From the NCBI GenBank assembly GCA_002269645.1, contig NIVC01000907.1:1-64000 (forward strand): a stretch of 64,000 nucleotides of DNA. Reading direction: 5' to 3'. The notes beneath the pieces were generated by a model, which had not been told where the DNA came from, did no database searches, and saw only the letters and a program-made list of their open reading frames with translations. The position numbers and the translations under genes are program-made. Positions 48,958-63,900 of the stretch are shown here, in pieces. Positions within the stretch are counted from its first letter, which is position 1. Each line of letters begins with the position of its first letter. This stretch comes from Macrostomum lignano (Eukaryota).

Positions 48958-51842
48958 GGGGATGTCAACTTAAGCACCAGAATGGAGCCCGAAGTTCAGC
49001 TCCGGACCAAACCGACTGCAATCGATAACTTGTCGGCCCAGACGACTAGAATCGCCGAGACATCCCATCCGGGTCCCTTCCTTGGGGTCCCAGGGGATGA
49101 AGGGGATAAAATGGGAATCTCATGTCAACTTAAGGCTCTGGAATGGAGCCCAAAGCAAGGCTCCGGATCAAACTGACTGCAATCGATAACTTGTCGGCCC
49201 AGATGACTAGAATCGCCGAGACATCCCATCCGGGTCCCTTCCTTGGAGTCCCAGGGGATAAAGGGGATAAAATGGGAATCTCATGTCAACTTAAGTCTCT
49301 AGAATGGAGCCCAAAGCAAGGCTCCGGATGCTTTTTTAAACAAAATGAAACAGTATGGTCATTAGTTTGCAGAAAGGGTTTTTGTGTAAACATTCTCGCA
49401 GATGATCCCATGGGTTTCTTTATACTTGCAGCAGGGCTCCAAGGACAACTAAGTTTAATGAAGTGACTTCAGTGGTCCTTGGATTGCTCATGAACGAATG
49501 GATTGTAGTTTTTTGGAACTCTCATGTCGTCCAGCTTATTCCATACTCTATCTTTCAGGACACAAGATGTATAGTGCCCTTCCAAGGGCGTACTATACCG
49601 TAATGGGACACTGTGAACATTGGACATCCCAAGCTGGAGATGTTACCTGCTCGGATTGTCCAACAGACTTGCGTATTCAGTTTTTGACCATCGGTTCCAA
49701 TGCGATCTATATGCATCAGGGTCACTCTGCCGTTAGAGACCTGATCAGCTGCACAGTTGGTGTTGGTGCATGGGACGTGCTTTGGTGCCGTAAAAGCAGC
49801 GTAGAGACCGTCTAGAATTAACGGCGCGGTTGAAAACTCCTGCAAGGAGATGCTGAGGATACGACTATCCAGAACTCCTATGGGCAGCTCATCCGTGCTA
49901 GTCAGGCAACTACCGCACGTGTAAATTCGATTAGGCAATGACGCTGCTGCTGCGACTCTGGCAGAATGCACTGTTAGCAGCAGTGTTGCTGTCTTGGCGC
50001 AAACTGCTGCGGATATCGGCTTCGGTTGGCTTCGAAAAGTTGATCTACGCTTGCTCAGTCGCCATAGACGTCATCAGGTTTGTCATTGCGATGTTCACTG
50101 CCCCACCTCTGAGCGGCTGAAAGAGCTGGACTTTGCTGCTGATGCAGTGAAGCAGTGCAAAAACAATTGCGTAGCACTGCTGACCATGGTTTTGAAGACC
50201 AAAGACTCTTGAAGACTGAGGCTTGGATCCTGAGCTTCTGCTGGCTGACTGAAACGCCTCTTGCTGGCCGCTAAACTGTTGCTCAGTAGGCTTTCGCTGC
50301 TGTGGTAAAGCATTTTCTCTGGCATGAAGACTGGCAACAAGGAAGGCTGCGTGGAAGAGCGGAATCAACAAAGCGAAGGCTAGTACCAGACCTTCGATAG
50401 CTATCTTGGTGGTAAGCGTAGCAGCCCAGGAGTTTGAGCACTGCCATTACATGACAATCGCAGCCTGCAGTCCTACCTCCAGCTTTTGCTGACGAGTAGT
50501 AGCCATGAAGAAGTTGCAATCCTGGATCTCTAAAACCAAAGCGATTGTCCGCTGCTGTCACTCACTCTTAAGAATCACGCGGTAGGATTTCGAATTATGG
50601 CGCGAGAAAACGACAGCTAGAAAAAATCCAAGACGGATGCCACCGACCGAATCGGTTGCTCCAGTTTTCTGGCTGCGTCTCTTACCGAAACTTCCAATAC
50701 TTGAGGTGGCTCGGAAGTTCGGATGTGAGCGACTCAAAGTCTCTCCAGGAGTCACCTTCGTAGACCGAGAACCTCATTGACACGAATGTTTTGAATGTAA
50801 TCATCGGCTTGATATAGTTGATACGGACCCACCGAAACATCTGTCAAATTCTGTGTGAATTCGGGAGAACCCCGAGCTTTTTGGATCCAGCGGGTTTTCG
50901 GCAATCCATGCCGTTGTGTTAGCAGGGGGGACACGCGTCAGTTCACAGTTGAAGTGCAGCTGCTCAATTTCGTCCAGTTTATTGGACAAGAGCACTCGGC
51001 GCATGAACTTCTGACCGAATTCGAACAACGATAGCCCTGTCCATGACGTTGGCAGCTGTTTAAATGATTCAAAACGTGGAAACGCCCGATTGTACTTTGC
51101 CATCGAGTTCTCGATAACGTCTAATTGGCTGCGCTCGCTGAAGCCGGCTGACTGCAGCCACTGATTCGGTTTGTGCCTCTCGTTAAAACATTTGTCCTGC
51201 CTAATGGCAGCAAAGCAGCACTCAATGACATACCGGAACATAGTGGCACAGCGAATGTCTCGGCGATTCTAGTCGTCTGGGCCGACAAGTTATCGATTGC
51301 AGTCGCTTTGGTCCCGAGCTGAACTTCGGGCTCCATTCCAGAGCCTTAAGTTGACATGAGATCCCCATTTTATCCCCTTTATCCCCTGGGACCCCAAGGA
51401 AAAGACCCAGATGGGATGTCTCGGCGATTCTAGTCGTCTGGGCCGACAAGTTATCGATTGCAGTCGGTTTGGTCCGGAGCCTTGCTTTGGGCTCCATTCC
51501 AGAGCCTTAAGTTGACATGAGATTCCCATTTTATCCCCTTTATCCCCTGGGACCCCAAGGAAGGGACCCGGATGGGATGTCTCGGCGATTCTAGTCGTCT
51601 GGGCCGACAAGTTATCGATTGCAGTCGCTTTGGTCCGGAGCTGAACTTCGGGCACCATTCTGGTGCTTAAGTTGACATGAGATCCCCATTTTATCCCCTT
51701 TATCCCCTGGGACCCCAAGGAAGGGACCCCGATGGGATGTCTCGGCGATTCTAGTCGTCTGGGCCGACAAGTTATCGATTGCAGTCGGTTTGGTCCGGAG
51801 CTGAACTTCGGGCTCCATTCTGGTGCTTAAGTTGACATCCCC
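48958..51842 (-). mobile_element. Spy-like DNA transposon, copy B
   Basis: GAGCAAA|GGGG...CCCC|TTTCGTGC versus empty site GAGCAAATTTCGTGC; longer than copy A because of extra subterminal repeats. Confidence 0.82.
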
Positions 51843-51900
51843 TTTCGTGCTTTCACGAACTTCTGAGAGCAGCTCTGAGAGTAAAGTCGTAATTAAAAAC

Positions 51901-54900
51901 TCTACTGACTGGGCCTCTGCTGACTGGGACTCTACTGACTGGGCCTCTGCTGACTGGGACTCTATGACTGGGCCTCTGCTGACTGGGACTCTATGACTGG
52001 GCCTCTGCTGACTGGGACTCTGCTGACTGGGACTCTACTGACTGGGACTCTACTGACTGGGACTCTACTGACTGGGACTCTGCTGACTGGGACTCTACTG
52101 ACTGGGACTCTACTGACTGGGACTCTACTGACTGGGCCTCTGCCGACTGGGACTCTACTGACTGGGACTCTACTGCAGGACTGGGCCTCTGCCGACTGGG
52201 ACTCTACTGACTGGGCCTCTGCTGACTGGGACTCTACTGACTGGGACTCTGCTGACTGGGACTCTACTGACTGGTACTCTACTGACTGGGACTCTACTGA
52301 CTGGTACTCTACTGACTGGGACTCTACTGACTGGGACTCTACTGACTGGGACTCTACTGACTGGGACTCTACTGACTGGGACTCTACTGACTGGGCCTCT
52401 GCCGACTGGGACTCTACTGACTGGGACTCTACTGCAGGACTGGGCCTCTGCCGACTGGGACTCTACTGACTGGGACTCTACTGACTGGGCCTCTGCTGAC
52501 TGGGACTCTGCTGACTGGGACTCTACTGACTGGGACTCTATGACTGGGACTCTGCTGACTGGGACTCTACTGACTGGGACTCTACTGACTGGGACTCTAC
52601 TGACTGGGCCTCTGCTGACTGGGACTCTACTGACTGGGCCTCTGCCGACTGGGACTCTACTGACTGGGACTCTACTGCAGGACTGGGCCTCTGCCGACTG
52701 GGACTCTACTGACTGGGACTCTACTGACTGGGCCTCTGCTGACTGGGACTCTGCTGACTGGGACTCTACTGACTGGGACTCTATGACTGGGACTCTGCTG
52801 ACTGGGACTCTACTGAATGGGACTCTACTGACTGGGACTCTACTGACTGGGCCTCTGCTCACTGGGACTCTACTGACTGGGCCTCTGCTGACTGGGACTC
52901 TACTGACTGGGCCTCTGCTGACTGGGACTCTGCTGACTGGGACTCTACTGACTGGGACTCTACTGACTGGGACTCTACTGACTGGGCCTCTGCTGACTGG
53001 GACTCTACTGACTGGGCCTCTGCTGACTGGGACTCTACTGACTGGGCCTCTGCTGACTGGGACTCTACTGACTGGGACTCTACTGACTGGGCCTCTGCTG
53101 ACTGGGACTCTACTGACTGGGACTCTACTGACTGGGCCTCTGCTGACTGGGACTCTACTGACTGGGACTCTACTGACTGGGACTCTACTGACTGGGCCTC
53201 TGCTGACTGCGACTCTACTGACTGGGACTCTACTGACTGGGACTCTACTGACTGGGCCTCTGCTGACTGCGACTCTACTGACTGGGCCTCTGCTGACTGG
53301 GCCTCTGCTGACTGGGACTCTACTGACTGGGCCTCTGCCGACTGGGACTCTACTGACTGGGACTCTACTGCAGGACTGGGCCTCTGCCGACTGGGACTCT
53401 ACTGACTGGGACTCTACTGACTGGGCCTCTGCTGACTGGGACTCTGCTGACTGGGACTCTACTGACTGGGACTCTATGACTGGGACTCTGCTGACTGGGA
53501 CTCTACTGACTGGGCCTCTGCTGACTGGGACTCTACTGACTGGGCCTCTGCTGACTGGGACTCTACTGACTGGGCCTCTGTTGACTGGGACTCTGCTGAC
53601 TGGGACTCTACTGACTGGGACTCTACTGACTGGGACTATACTGACTGGGCCTCTGCTGACTGGGACTCTACTGACTGGGCCTCTGCTGACAGGGACTCTA
53701 CGGACTGGGCCTCTGCTGACTGGGACTCTACTGACTGGGACTCTACTGACTGTGACTCTACTGACTGGGACTCTGCTGACTGGGACTCTACTGACTGGGA
53801 CTCTACTGACTGGGACTCTACTGACTGGGACTCTACTGACTGGGACTCTACTGACTGGGACTCTGCTGACTGGGACTCTACTGACTGGGACTCTACTGAC
53901 TGGGACTCTACTGACTGGGCCTCTGCCGACTGGGACTCTACTGACTGGGACTCTACTGCAGGACTGGGCCTCTGCCGACTGGGACTCTACTGACTGGGCC
54001 TCTGCTGACTGGGACTCTACTGACTGGGACTCTGCTGACTGGGACTCTACTGACTGGTACTCTACTGACTGGGACTCTACTGACTGGTACTCTACTGACT
54101 GGGACTCTACTGACTGGGACTCTACTGACTGGGACTCTACTGACTGGGACTCTACTGACTGGGACTCTACTGACTGGGCCTCTGCCGACTGGGACTCTAC
54201 TGACTGGGACTCTACTGCAGGACTGGGCCTCTGCCGACTGGGACTCTACTGACTGGGACTCTACTGACTGGGCCTCTGCTGACTGGGACTCTGCTGACTG
54301 GGACTCTACTGACTGGGACTCTATGACTGGGACTCTGCTGACTGGGACTCTACTGACTGGGACTCTACTGACTGGGACTCTACTGACTGGGCCTCTGCTG
54401 ACTGGGACTCTACTGACTGGGCCTCTGCCGACTGGGACTCTACTGACTGGGACTCTACTGCAGGACTGGGCCTCTGCCGACTGGGACTCTACTGACTGGG
54501 ACTCTACTGACTGGGCCTCTGCTGACTGGGACTCTGCTGACTGGGACTCTACTGACTGGGACTCTATGACTGGGACTCTGCTGACTGGGACTCTACTGAC
54601 TGGGACTCTACTGACTGGGACTCTACTGACTGGGCCTCTGCTCACTGGGACTCTACTGACTGGGCCTCTGCTGACTGGGACTCTACTGACTGGGCCTCTG
54701 CTGACTGGGACTCTGCTGACTGGGACTCTACTGACTGGGACTCTACTGACTGGGACTCTACTGACTGGGCCTCTGCTGACTGGGACTCTACTGACTGGGC
54801 CTCTGCTGACTGGGACTCTACTGACTGGGCCTCTGCTGACTGGGACTCTACTGACTGGGACTCTACTGACTGGGCCTCTGCTGACTGGGACTCTACTGAC

Positions 54901-57900
54901 TGGGACTCTACTGACTGGGCCTCTGCTGACTGGGACTCTACTGACTGGGACTCTACTGACTGGGACTCTACTGACTGGGCCTCTGCTGACTGCGACTCTA
55001 CTGACTAGGCCTCTGCTGACTGGGACTCTATGACTGGGCCTCTGCTGACTGGGACTCTACTGACTGGGCCTCTGCTGACTGCGACTCTACTGACTGGGCC
55101 TCTGCTGACTGGGCCTCTGCTGACTGGGCCTCTGCTGACTGGGACTCTACTGACTGGGCCTCTGCCGACTGGGACTCTACTGACTGGGACTCTACTGCAG
55201 GACTGGGCCTCTGCCGACTGGGACTCTACTGACTGGGACTCTACTGACTGGGCCTCTGCTGACTGGGACTCTGCTGACTGGGACTCTACTGACTGGGACT
55301 CTATGACTGGGACTCTGCTGACTGGGACTCTACTGACTGGGCCTCTGCTGACTGGGACTCTACTGACTGGGCCTCTGCTGACTGGGACTCTACTGACTGG
55401 GCCTCTGTTGACTGGGACTCTGCTGACTGGGACTCTACTGACTGGGACTCTACTGACTGGGACTATACTGACTGGGCCTCTGCTGACTGGGACTCTACTG
55501 ACTGGGCCTCTGCTGACAGGGACTCTACGGACTGGGCCTCTGCTGACTGGGACTCTACTGACTGGGACTCTACTGACTGTGACTCTACTGACTGGGACTC
55601 TGCTGACTGGGACTCTACTGACTGGGACTCTACTGACTGGGACTCTACTGACTGGGACTATACTGACTGGGCCTCTGCTGACTGGGACTCTACTGACTGG
55701 GCCTCTGCTGACAGGGACTCTACGGACTGGGCCTCTGCTGACTGGGACTCTACTGACTGGGACTCTACTGACTGTGACTCTACTGACTGGGACTCTGCTG
55801 ACTGGGACTCTACTGACTGGGACTCTACTGACTGGGACTCTACTGACTGGGACTCTACTGACTGGGACTCTACTGACTGGGACTCTGCTGACTGGGACTC
55901 TACTGACTGGGACTCTACTGACTGGGACTCTACTGACTGGGACTCTACTGACTGGGACTCTACTGACTGGGACTCTACTGACTGGGACTCTACTGACTGG
56001 GCCTCTGCCGACTGGGACTCTACTGACTGGGACTCTACTGCAGGACTGGGCCTCTGCCGACTGGGACTCTACTGACTGGGACTCTACTGACTGGGCCTCT
56101 GCTGACTGGGACTCTGCTGACTGGGACTCTACTGACTGGGACTCTATGACTGGGACTCTGCTGACTGGGACTCTACTGACTGGGACTCTACTGACTGGGA
56201 CTCTACTGACTGGGCCTCTGCTGACTGGGACTCTACTGACTGGGCCTCTGCCGACTGGGACTCTACTGACTGGGACTCTACTGCAGGACTGGGCCTCTGC
56301 CGACTGGGACTCTACTGACTGGGACTCTACTGACTGGGCCTCTGCTGACTGGGACTCTGCTGACTGGGACTCTACTGACTGGGACTCTATGACTGGGACT
56401 CTGCTGACTGGGACTCTACTGACTGGGACTCTACTGACTGGGACTCTACTGACTGGGCCTCTGCTCACTGGGACTCTACTGACTGGGCCTCTGCTGACTG
56501 GGACTCTACTGACTGGGCCTCTGCTGACTGGGACTCTGCTGACTGGGACTCTACTGACTGGGACTCTACTGACTGGGACTCTACTGACTGGGCCTCTGCT
56601 GACTGGGACTCTACTGACTGGGCCTCTGCTGACTGGGACTCTACTGACTGGGCCTCTGCTGACTGGGACTCTACTGACTGGGACTCTACTGACTGGGCCT
56701 CTGCTGACTGGGACTCTACTGACTGGGACTCTACTGACTGGGCCTCTGCTGACTGGGACTCTACTGACTGGACTCTACTGACTGGGACTCTACTGACTGG
56801 GCCTCTGCTGACTGGACTCTACTGACTGGGCCTCTGCTGACTGGGACTCTATGACTGGGACCTCTGCTGACTGGGACTCTACTGACTGGGCCTCTGCTGA
56901 CTGCGACTCTACTGACTGGGCCTCTGCTGACTGGGCCTCTGCTGACTGGGACTCTACTGACTGGGCCTCTGCGACTGGGACTCTACTGACTGGGACTCTA
57001 CTGCAGGACTGGGCCTCTGCGACTGGGACTCTACTGACTGGGACTCTACTGACTGGGCCTCTGCTGACTGGGACTCTGCTGACTGGGACTCTACTGACTG
57101 GGACTCTATGACTGGGACTCTGCTGACTGGGACTCTACTGACTGGGCCTCTGCTGACTGGGACTCTACTGACTGGGCCTCTGCTGACTGGGACTCTACTG
57201 ACTGGGCCTCTGTTGACTGGGACTCTGCTGACTGGGACTCTACTGACTGGGACTCTACTGACTGGGACTATACTGACTGGGCCTCTGCTGACTGGGACTC
57301 TACTGACTGGGCCTCTGCTGACTGGGACTCTACTGACTGGGACTCTGCTGACTGGGACTCTACTGACTGGGACTCTACTGACTGGACTCTACTGACTGGG
57401 ACTCTGCTGACTGGGACTCTACTGACTGGGACTCTACTGACTGGGACTCTACTGACTGGGACTCTACTGACTGGGACTCTACTGACTGGGACTCTGCTGA
57501 CTGGGACTCTACTGACTGGGACTCTACTGACTGGGACTCTACTGACTGGGCCTCTGCTGACTGGGACTCTACTGACTGGGACTCTACTGCAGGACTGGGC
57601 CTCTGCGACTGGGACTCTACTGACTGGGCCTCTGCTGACTGGGACTCTACTGACTGGGACTCTGCTGACTGGGACTCTACTGACTGGACTCTACTGACTG
57701 GGACTCTACTGACTGGGACTCTACTGACTGGGACTCTACTGACTGGGACTCTACTGACTGGGACTCTACTGACTGGGACTCTACTGACTGGGACTCTACT
57801 GACTGGGCCTCTGCCGACTGGGACTCTACTGACTGGGACTCTACTGCAGGACTGGGCCTCTGCCGACTGGGACTCTACTGACTGGGACTCTACTGACTGG

Positions 57901-60900
57901 GCCTCTGCTGACTGGGACTCTGCTGACTGGGACTCTACTGACTGGGACTCTATGACTGGGACTCTGCTGACTGGGACTCTACTGACTGGGACTCTACTGA
58001 CTGGGACTCTACTGACTGGGCCTCTGCTGACTGGGACTCTACTGACTGGGCCTCTGCCGACTGGGACTCTACTGACTGGGACTCTACTGCAGGACTGGGC
58101 CTCTGCCGACTGGGACTCTACTGACTGGGACTCTACTGACTGGGCCTCTGCTGACTGGGACTCTGCTGACTGGGACTCTACTGACTGGGACTCTATGACT
58201 GGGACTCTGCTGACTGGGACTCTACTGACTGGGACTCTACTGACTGGGACTCTACTGACTGGGCCTCTGCTGACTGGGACTCTACTGACTGGGCCTCTGC
58301 TGACTGGGACTCTACTGACTGGGCCTCTGCTGACTGGGACTCTGCTGACTGGGACTCTACTGACTGGGACTCTACTGACTGGGACTCTACTGACTGGGCT
58401 CTGCTGACTGGGACTCTACTGACTGGGACTCTATGACTGGGACTCTGCTGACTGGGACTCTACTGACTGGGACTCTACTGACTGGGACTCTACTGACTGG
58501 GCCTCTGCTGACTGGGACTCTACTGACTGGGCCTCTGCCGACTGGGACTCTACTGACTGGGACTCTACTGCAGGACTGGGCCTCTGCCGACTGGGACTCT
58601 ACTGACTGGGACTCTACTGACTGGGCCTCTGCTGACTGGGACTCTGCTGACTGGGACTCTACTGACTGGGACTCTATGACTGGGACTCTGCTGACTGGGA
58701 CTCTACTGACTGGGACTCTACTGACTGGGCCTCTGCTCACTGGGACTCTACTGACTGGGCCTCTGCTGACTGGGACTCTACTGACTGGGCCTCTGCTGAC
58801 TGGGACTCTGCTGACTGGGACTCTACTGACTGGGACTCTACTGACTGGGACTCTACTGACTGGGCCTCTGCTGACTGGGACTCTACTGACTGGGCCTCTG
58901 CTGACTGGGACTCTACTGACTGGGCCTCTGCTGACTGGGACTCTACTGACTGGGACTCTACTGACTGGGCCTCTGCTGACTGGGACTCTACTGACTGGGA
59001 CTCTACTGACTGGGCCTCTGCTGACTGGGACTCTACTGACTGGGACTCTACTGACTGGGACTCTACTGACTGGGCCTCTGCTGACTGGACTCTACTGACT
59101 GGCTCTGCTGACTGGGACTCTATGACTGGGCCTCTGCTGACTGGGACTCTACTGACTGGGCCTCTGCTGACTGCGACTCTACTGACTGGGCCTCTGCTGA
59201 CTGGGCCTCTGCTGACTGGGACTCTACTGACTGGGACTCTACTGCAGGACTGGGCCTCTGCCGACTGGGACTCTACTGACTGGGACTCTACTGACTGGGC
59301 CTCTGCTGACTGGGACTCTGCTGACTGGGACTCTACTGACTGGGACTCTATGACTGGGACTCTGCTGACTGGGACTCTACTGACTGGGACTCTACTGACT
59401 GGGACTCTACTGACTGGGCCTCTGCTGACTGGGACTCTACTGACTGGGCCTCTGCTGACTGGGACTCTACTGACTGGGCCTCTGCTGACTGGGACTCTGC
59501 TGACTGGGACTCTACTGACTGGGACTCTACTGACTGGGACTCTACTGACTGGGCCTCTGCTGACTGGGACTCTACTGACTGGGCCTCTGCTGACTGGGAC
59601 TCTACTGACTGGGCCTCTGCTGACTGGGACTCTACTGACTGGGACTCTACTGACTGGGCCTCTGCTGACTGGGACTCTACTGACTGGGACTCTACTGACT
59701 GGGCCTCTGCTGACTGGGACTCTACTGACTGGGACTCTACTGACTGGGACTCTACTGACTGGGCCTCTGCTGACTGGACTCTACTGACTGGCTCTGCTGA
59801 CTGGGACTCTACTGACTGGGCCTCTGCTGACTGGGACTCTACTGACTGGGCCTCTGCTGACTGACTCTACTGACTGGGCCTCTGCTGACTGGGCCTCTGC
59901 TGACTGGGACTCTACTGACTGGGCCTCTGCCGACTGGGACTCTACTGACTGGGACTCTACTGCAGGACTGGGCCTCTGCGACTGGGACTCTACTGACTGG
60001 GACTCTACTGACTGGGCTCTGCTGACTGGGACTCTGCTGACTGGGACTCTACTGACTGGGACTCTATGACTGGGACTCTACTGACTGGGACTCTACTGAC
60101 TGGGACTCTACTGACTGGGACTCTGCTGACTGGGACTCTGCTGACTGGGACTCTACTGACTGGGCCTCTGTTGACTGGGACTCTGCTGACTGGGACTCTA
60201 CTGACTGGGACTCTACTGACTGGGACTATACTGACTGGGCCTCTGCTGACTGGGACTCTACTGACTGGGCCTCTGCTGACAGGGACTCTACGGACTGGGC
60301 CTCTGCTGACTGGGACTCTACTGACTGGGACTCTACTGACTGTGACTCTACTGACTGGGACTCTGCTGACTGGGACTCTACTGACTGGGACTCTACTGAC
60401 TGGGACTCTACTGACTGGGACTCTACTGACTGGGACTCTACTGACTGGGACTCTGCTGACTGGGACTCTACTGACTGGGACTCTACTGACTGGGACTCTA
60501 CTGACTGGGCCTCTGCCGACTGGGACTCTACTGACTGGGACTCTACTGCAGGACTGGGCCTCTGCCGACTGGGACTCTACTGACTGGGCCTCTGCTGACT
60601 GGGACTCTACTGACTGGGACTCTGCTGACTGGGACTCTACTGACTGGGACTCTACTGACTGGGACTCTACTGACTGGGACTCTACTGACTGGGACTCTAC
60701 TGACTGGGACTCTACTGACTGGGACTCTACTGACTGGGACTCTACTGACTGGGACTCTACTGACTGGGCCTCTGCCGACTGGGACTCTACTGACTGGGAC
60801 TCTACTGCAGGACTGGGCCTCTGCCGACTGGGACTCTACTGACTGGGACTCTACTGACTGGGCCTCTGCTGACTGGGACTCTGCTGACTGGGACTCTACT

Positions 60901-63900
60901 GACTGGGACTCTATGACTGGGACTCTGCTGACTGGGACTCTACTGACTGGGACTCTACTGACTGGGACTCTACTGACTGGGCCTCTGCTGACTGGGACTC
61001 TACTGACTGGGCCTCTGCCGACTGGGACTCTACTGACTGGGACTCTACTGCAGGACTGGGCCTCTGCCGACTGGGACTCTACTGACTGGGACTCTACTGA
61101 CTGGGCCTCTGCTGACTGGGACTCTGCTGACTGGGACTCTACTGACTGGGACTCTATGACTGGGACTCTGCTGACTGGGACTCTACTGACTGGGACTCTA
61201 CTGACTGGGACTCTACTGACTGGGCCTCTGCTCACTGGGACTCTACTGACTGGGCCTCTGCTGACTGGGACTCTACTGACTGGGCCTCTGCTGACTGGGA
61301 CTCTGCTGACTGGGACTCTACTGACTGGGACTCTACTGACTGGGACTCTACTGACTGGGCCTCTGCTGACTGGGACTCTACTGACTGGGCCTCTGCTGAC
61401 TGGGACTCTACTGACTGGGCCTCTGCTGACTGGGACTCTACTGACTGGGACTCTACTGACTGGGCCTCTGCTGACTGGGACTCTACTGACTGGGACTCTA
61501 CTGACTGGGCCTCTGCTGACTGGGACTCTACTGACTGGGACTCTACTGACTGGGACTCTACTGACTGGGCCTCTGCTGACTGCGACTCTACTGACTGGGC
61601 CTCTGCTGACTGGGACTCTATGACTGGGCCTCTGCTGACTGGGACTCTACTGACTGGGCCTCTGCTGACTGGACTCTACTGACTGGGCCTCTGCTGACTG
61701 GGCCTCTGCTGACTGGGACTCTACTGACTGGGCCTCTGCCGACTGGGACTCTACTGACTGGGACTCTACTGCAGGACTGGGCCTCTGCCGACTGGGACTC
61801 TACTGACTGGGACTCTACTGACTGGGCCTCTGCTGACTGGGACTCTGCTGACTGGGACTCTACTGACTGGGACTCTATGACTGGGACTCTGCTGACTGGG
61901 ACTCTACTGACTGGGCCTCTGCTGACTGGGACTCTACTGACTGGGCCTCTGCTGACTGGGACTCTACTGACTGGGCCTCTGTTGACTGGGACTCTGCTGA
62001 CTGGGACTCTACTGACTGGGACTCTACTGACTGGGACTATACTGACTGGGCCTCTGCTGACTGGGACTCTACTGACTGGGCCTCTGCTGACAGGGACTCT
62101 ACGGACTGGGCCTCTGCTGACTGGGACTCTACTGACTGGGACTCTACTGACTGGACTCTACTGACTGGGACTCTGCTGACTGGGACTCTACTGACTGGGA
62201 CTCTACTGACTGGGACTCTACTGACTGGGACTCTACTGACTGGGACTCTACTGACTGGGACTCTGCTGACTGGGACTCTACTGACTGGGACTCTACTGAC
62301 TGGGACTCTACTGACTGGGCCTCTGCCGACTGGGACTCTACTGACTGGGACTCTACTGCAGGACTGGGCCTCTGCCGACTGGGACTCTACTGACTGGGCC
62401 TCTGCTGACTGGGACTCTACTGACTGGGACTCTGCTGACTGGGACTCTACTGACTGGTACTCTACTGACTGGGACTCTACTGACTGGGACTCTACTGACT
62501 GGGACTCTACTGACTGGGACTCTACTGACTGGGACTCTACTGACTGGGACTCTACTGACTGGGACTCTACTGACTGGGCCTCTGCCGACTGGGACTCTAC
62601 TGACTGGGACTCTACTGCAGGACTGGGCCTCTGCCGACTGGGACTCTACTGACTGGGACTCTACTGACTGGGCCTCTGCTGACTGGGACTCTGCTGACTG
62701 GGACTCTACTGACTGGGACTCTATGACTGGGACTCTGCTGACTGGGACTCTACTGACTGGGACTCTACTGACTGGGACTCTACTGACTGGGCCTCTGCTG
62801 ACTGGGACTCTACTGACTGGGCCTCTGCCGACTGGGACTCTACTGACTGGGACTCTACTGCAGGACTGGGCCTCTGCCGACTGGGACTCTACTGACTGGG
62901 ACTCTACTGACTGGGCCTCTGCTGACTGGGACTCTGCTGACTGGGACTCTACTGACTGGGACTCTATGACTGGGACTCTGCTGACTGGGACTCTACTGAC
63001 TGGGACTCTACTGACTGGGACTCTACTGACTGGGCCTCTGCTGACTGGGACTCTACTGACTGGGCCTCTGCTGACTGGGACTCTACTGACTGGGCCTCTG
63101 CTGACTGGGACTCTGCTGACTGGGACTCTACTGACTGGGACTCTACTGACTGGGACTCTACTGACTGGGCCTCTGCTGACTGGGACTCTACTGACTGGGA
63201 CTCTATGACTGGGACTCTGCTGACTGGGACTCTACTGACTGGGACTCTACTGACTGGGACTCTACTGACTGGGCCTCTGCTGACTGGGACTCTACTGACT
63301 GGGCCTCTGCCGACTGGGACTCTACTGACTGGGACTCTACTGCAGGACTGGGCCTCTGCCGACTGGGACTCTACTGACTGGGACTCTACTGACTGGGCCT
63401 CTGCTGACTGGGACTCTGCTGACTGGGACTCTACTGACTGGGACTCTATGACTGGGACTCTGCTGACTGGGCCTCTGCTGACTGCGACTCTACTGACTGG
63501 GCCTCTGCTGACTGGGCCTCTGCTGACTGGGACTCTACTGACTGGGCCTCTGCCGACTGGGACTCTACTGACTGGGACTCTACTGCAGGACTGGGCCTCT
63601 GCCGACTGGGACTCTACTGACTGGGACTCTACTGACTGGGCCTCTGCTGACTGGGACTCTGCTGACTGGGACTCTACTGACTGGGACTCTATGACTGGGA
63701 CTCTGCTGACTGGGACTCTACTGACTGGGCCTCTGCTGACTGGGACTCTACTGACTGGGCCTCTGCTGACTGGGACTCTACTGACTGGGCCTCTGTTGAC
63801 TGGGACTCTGCTGACTGGGACTCTACTGACTGGGACTCTACTGACTGGGACTATACTGACTGGGCCTCTGCTGACTGGGACTCTACTGACTGGGCCTCTG

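Noticed and set aside
51993-63208. Long ORFs of TGTLL/DWDST/SRVPV repeats (up to 583 aa)
   Set aside because: Translations of a 15-bp monomer lacking stops; open in several frames and both strands, and broken by indels.
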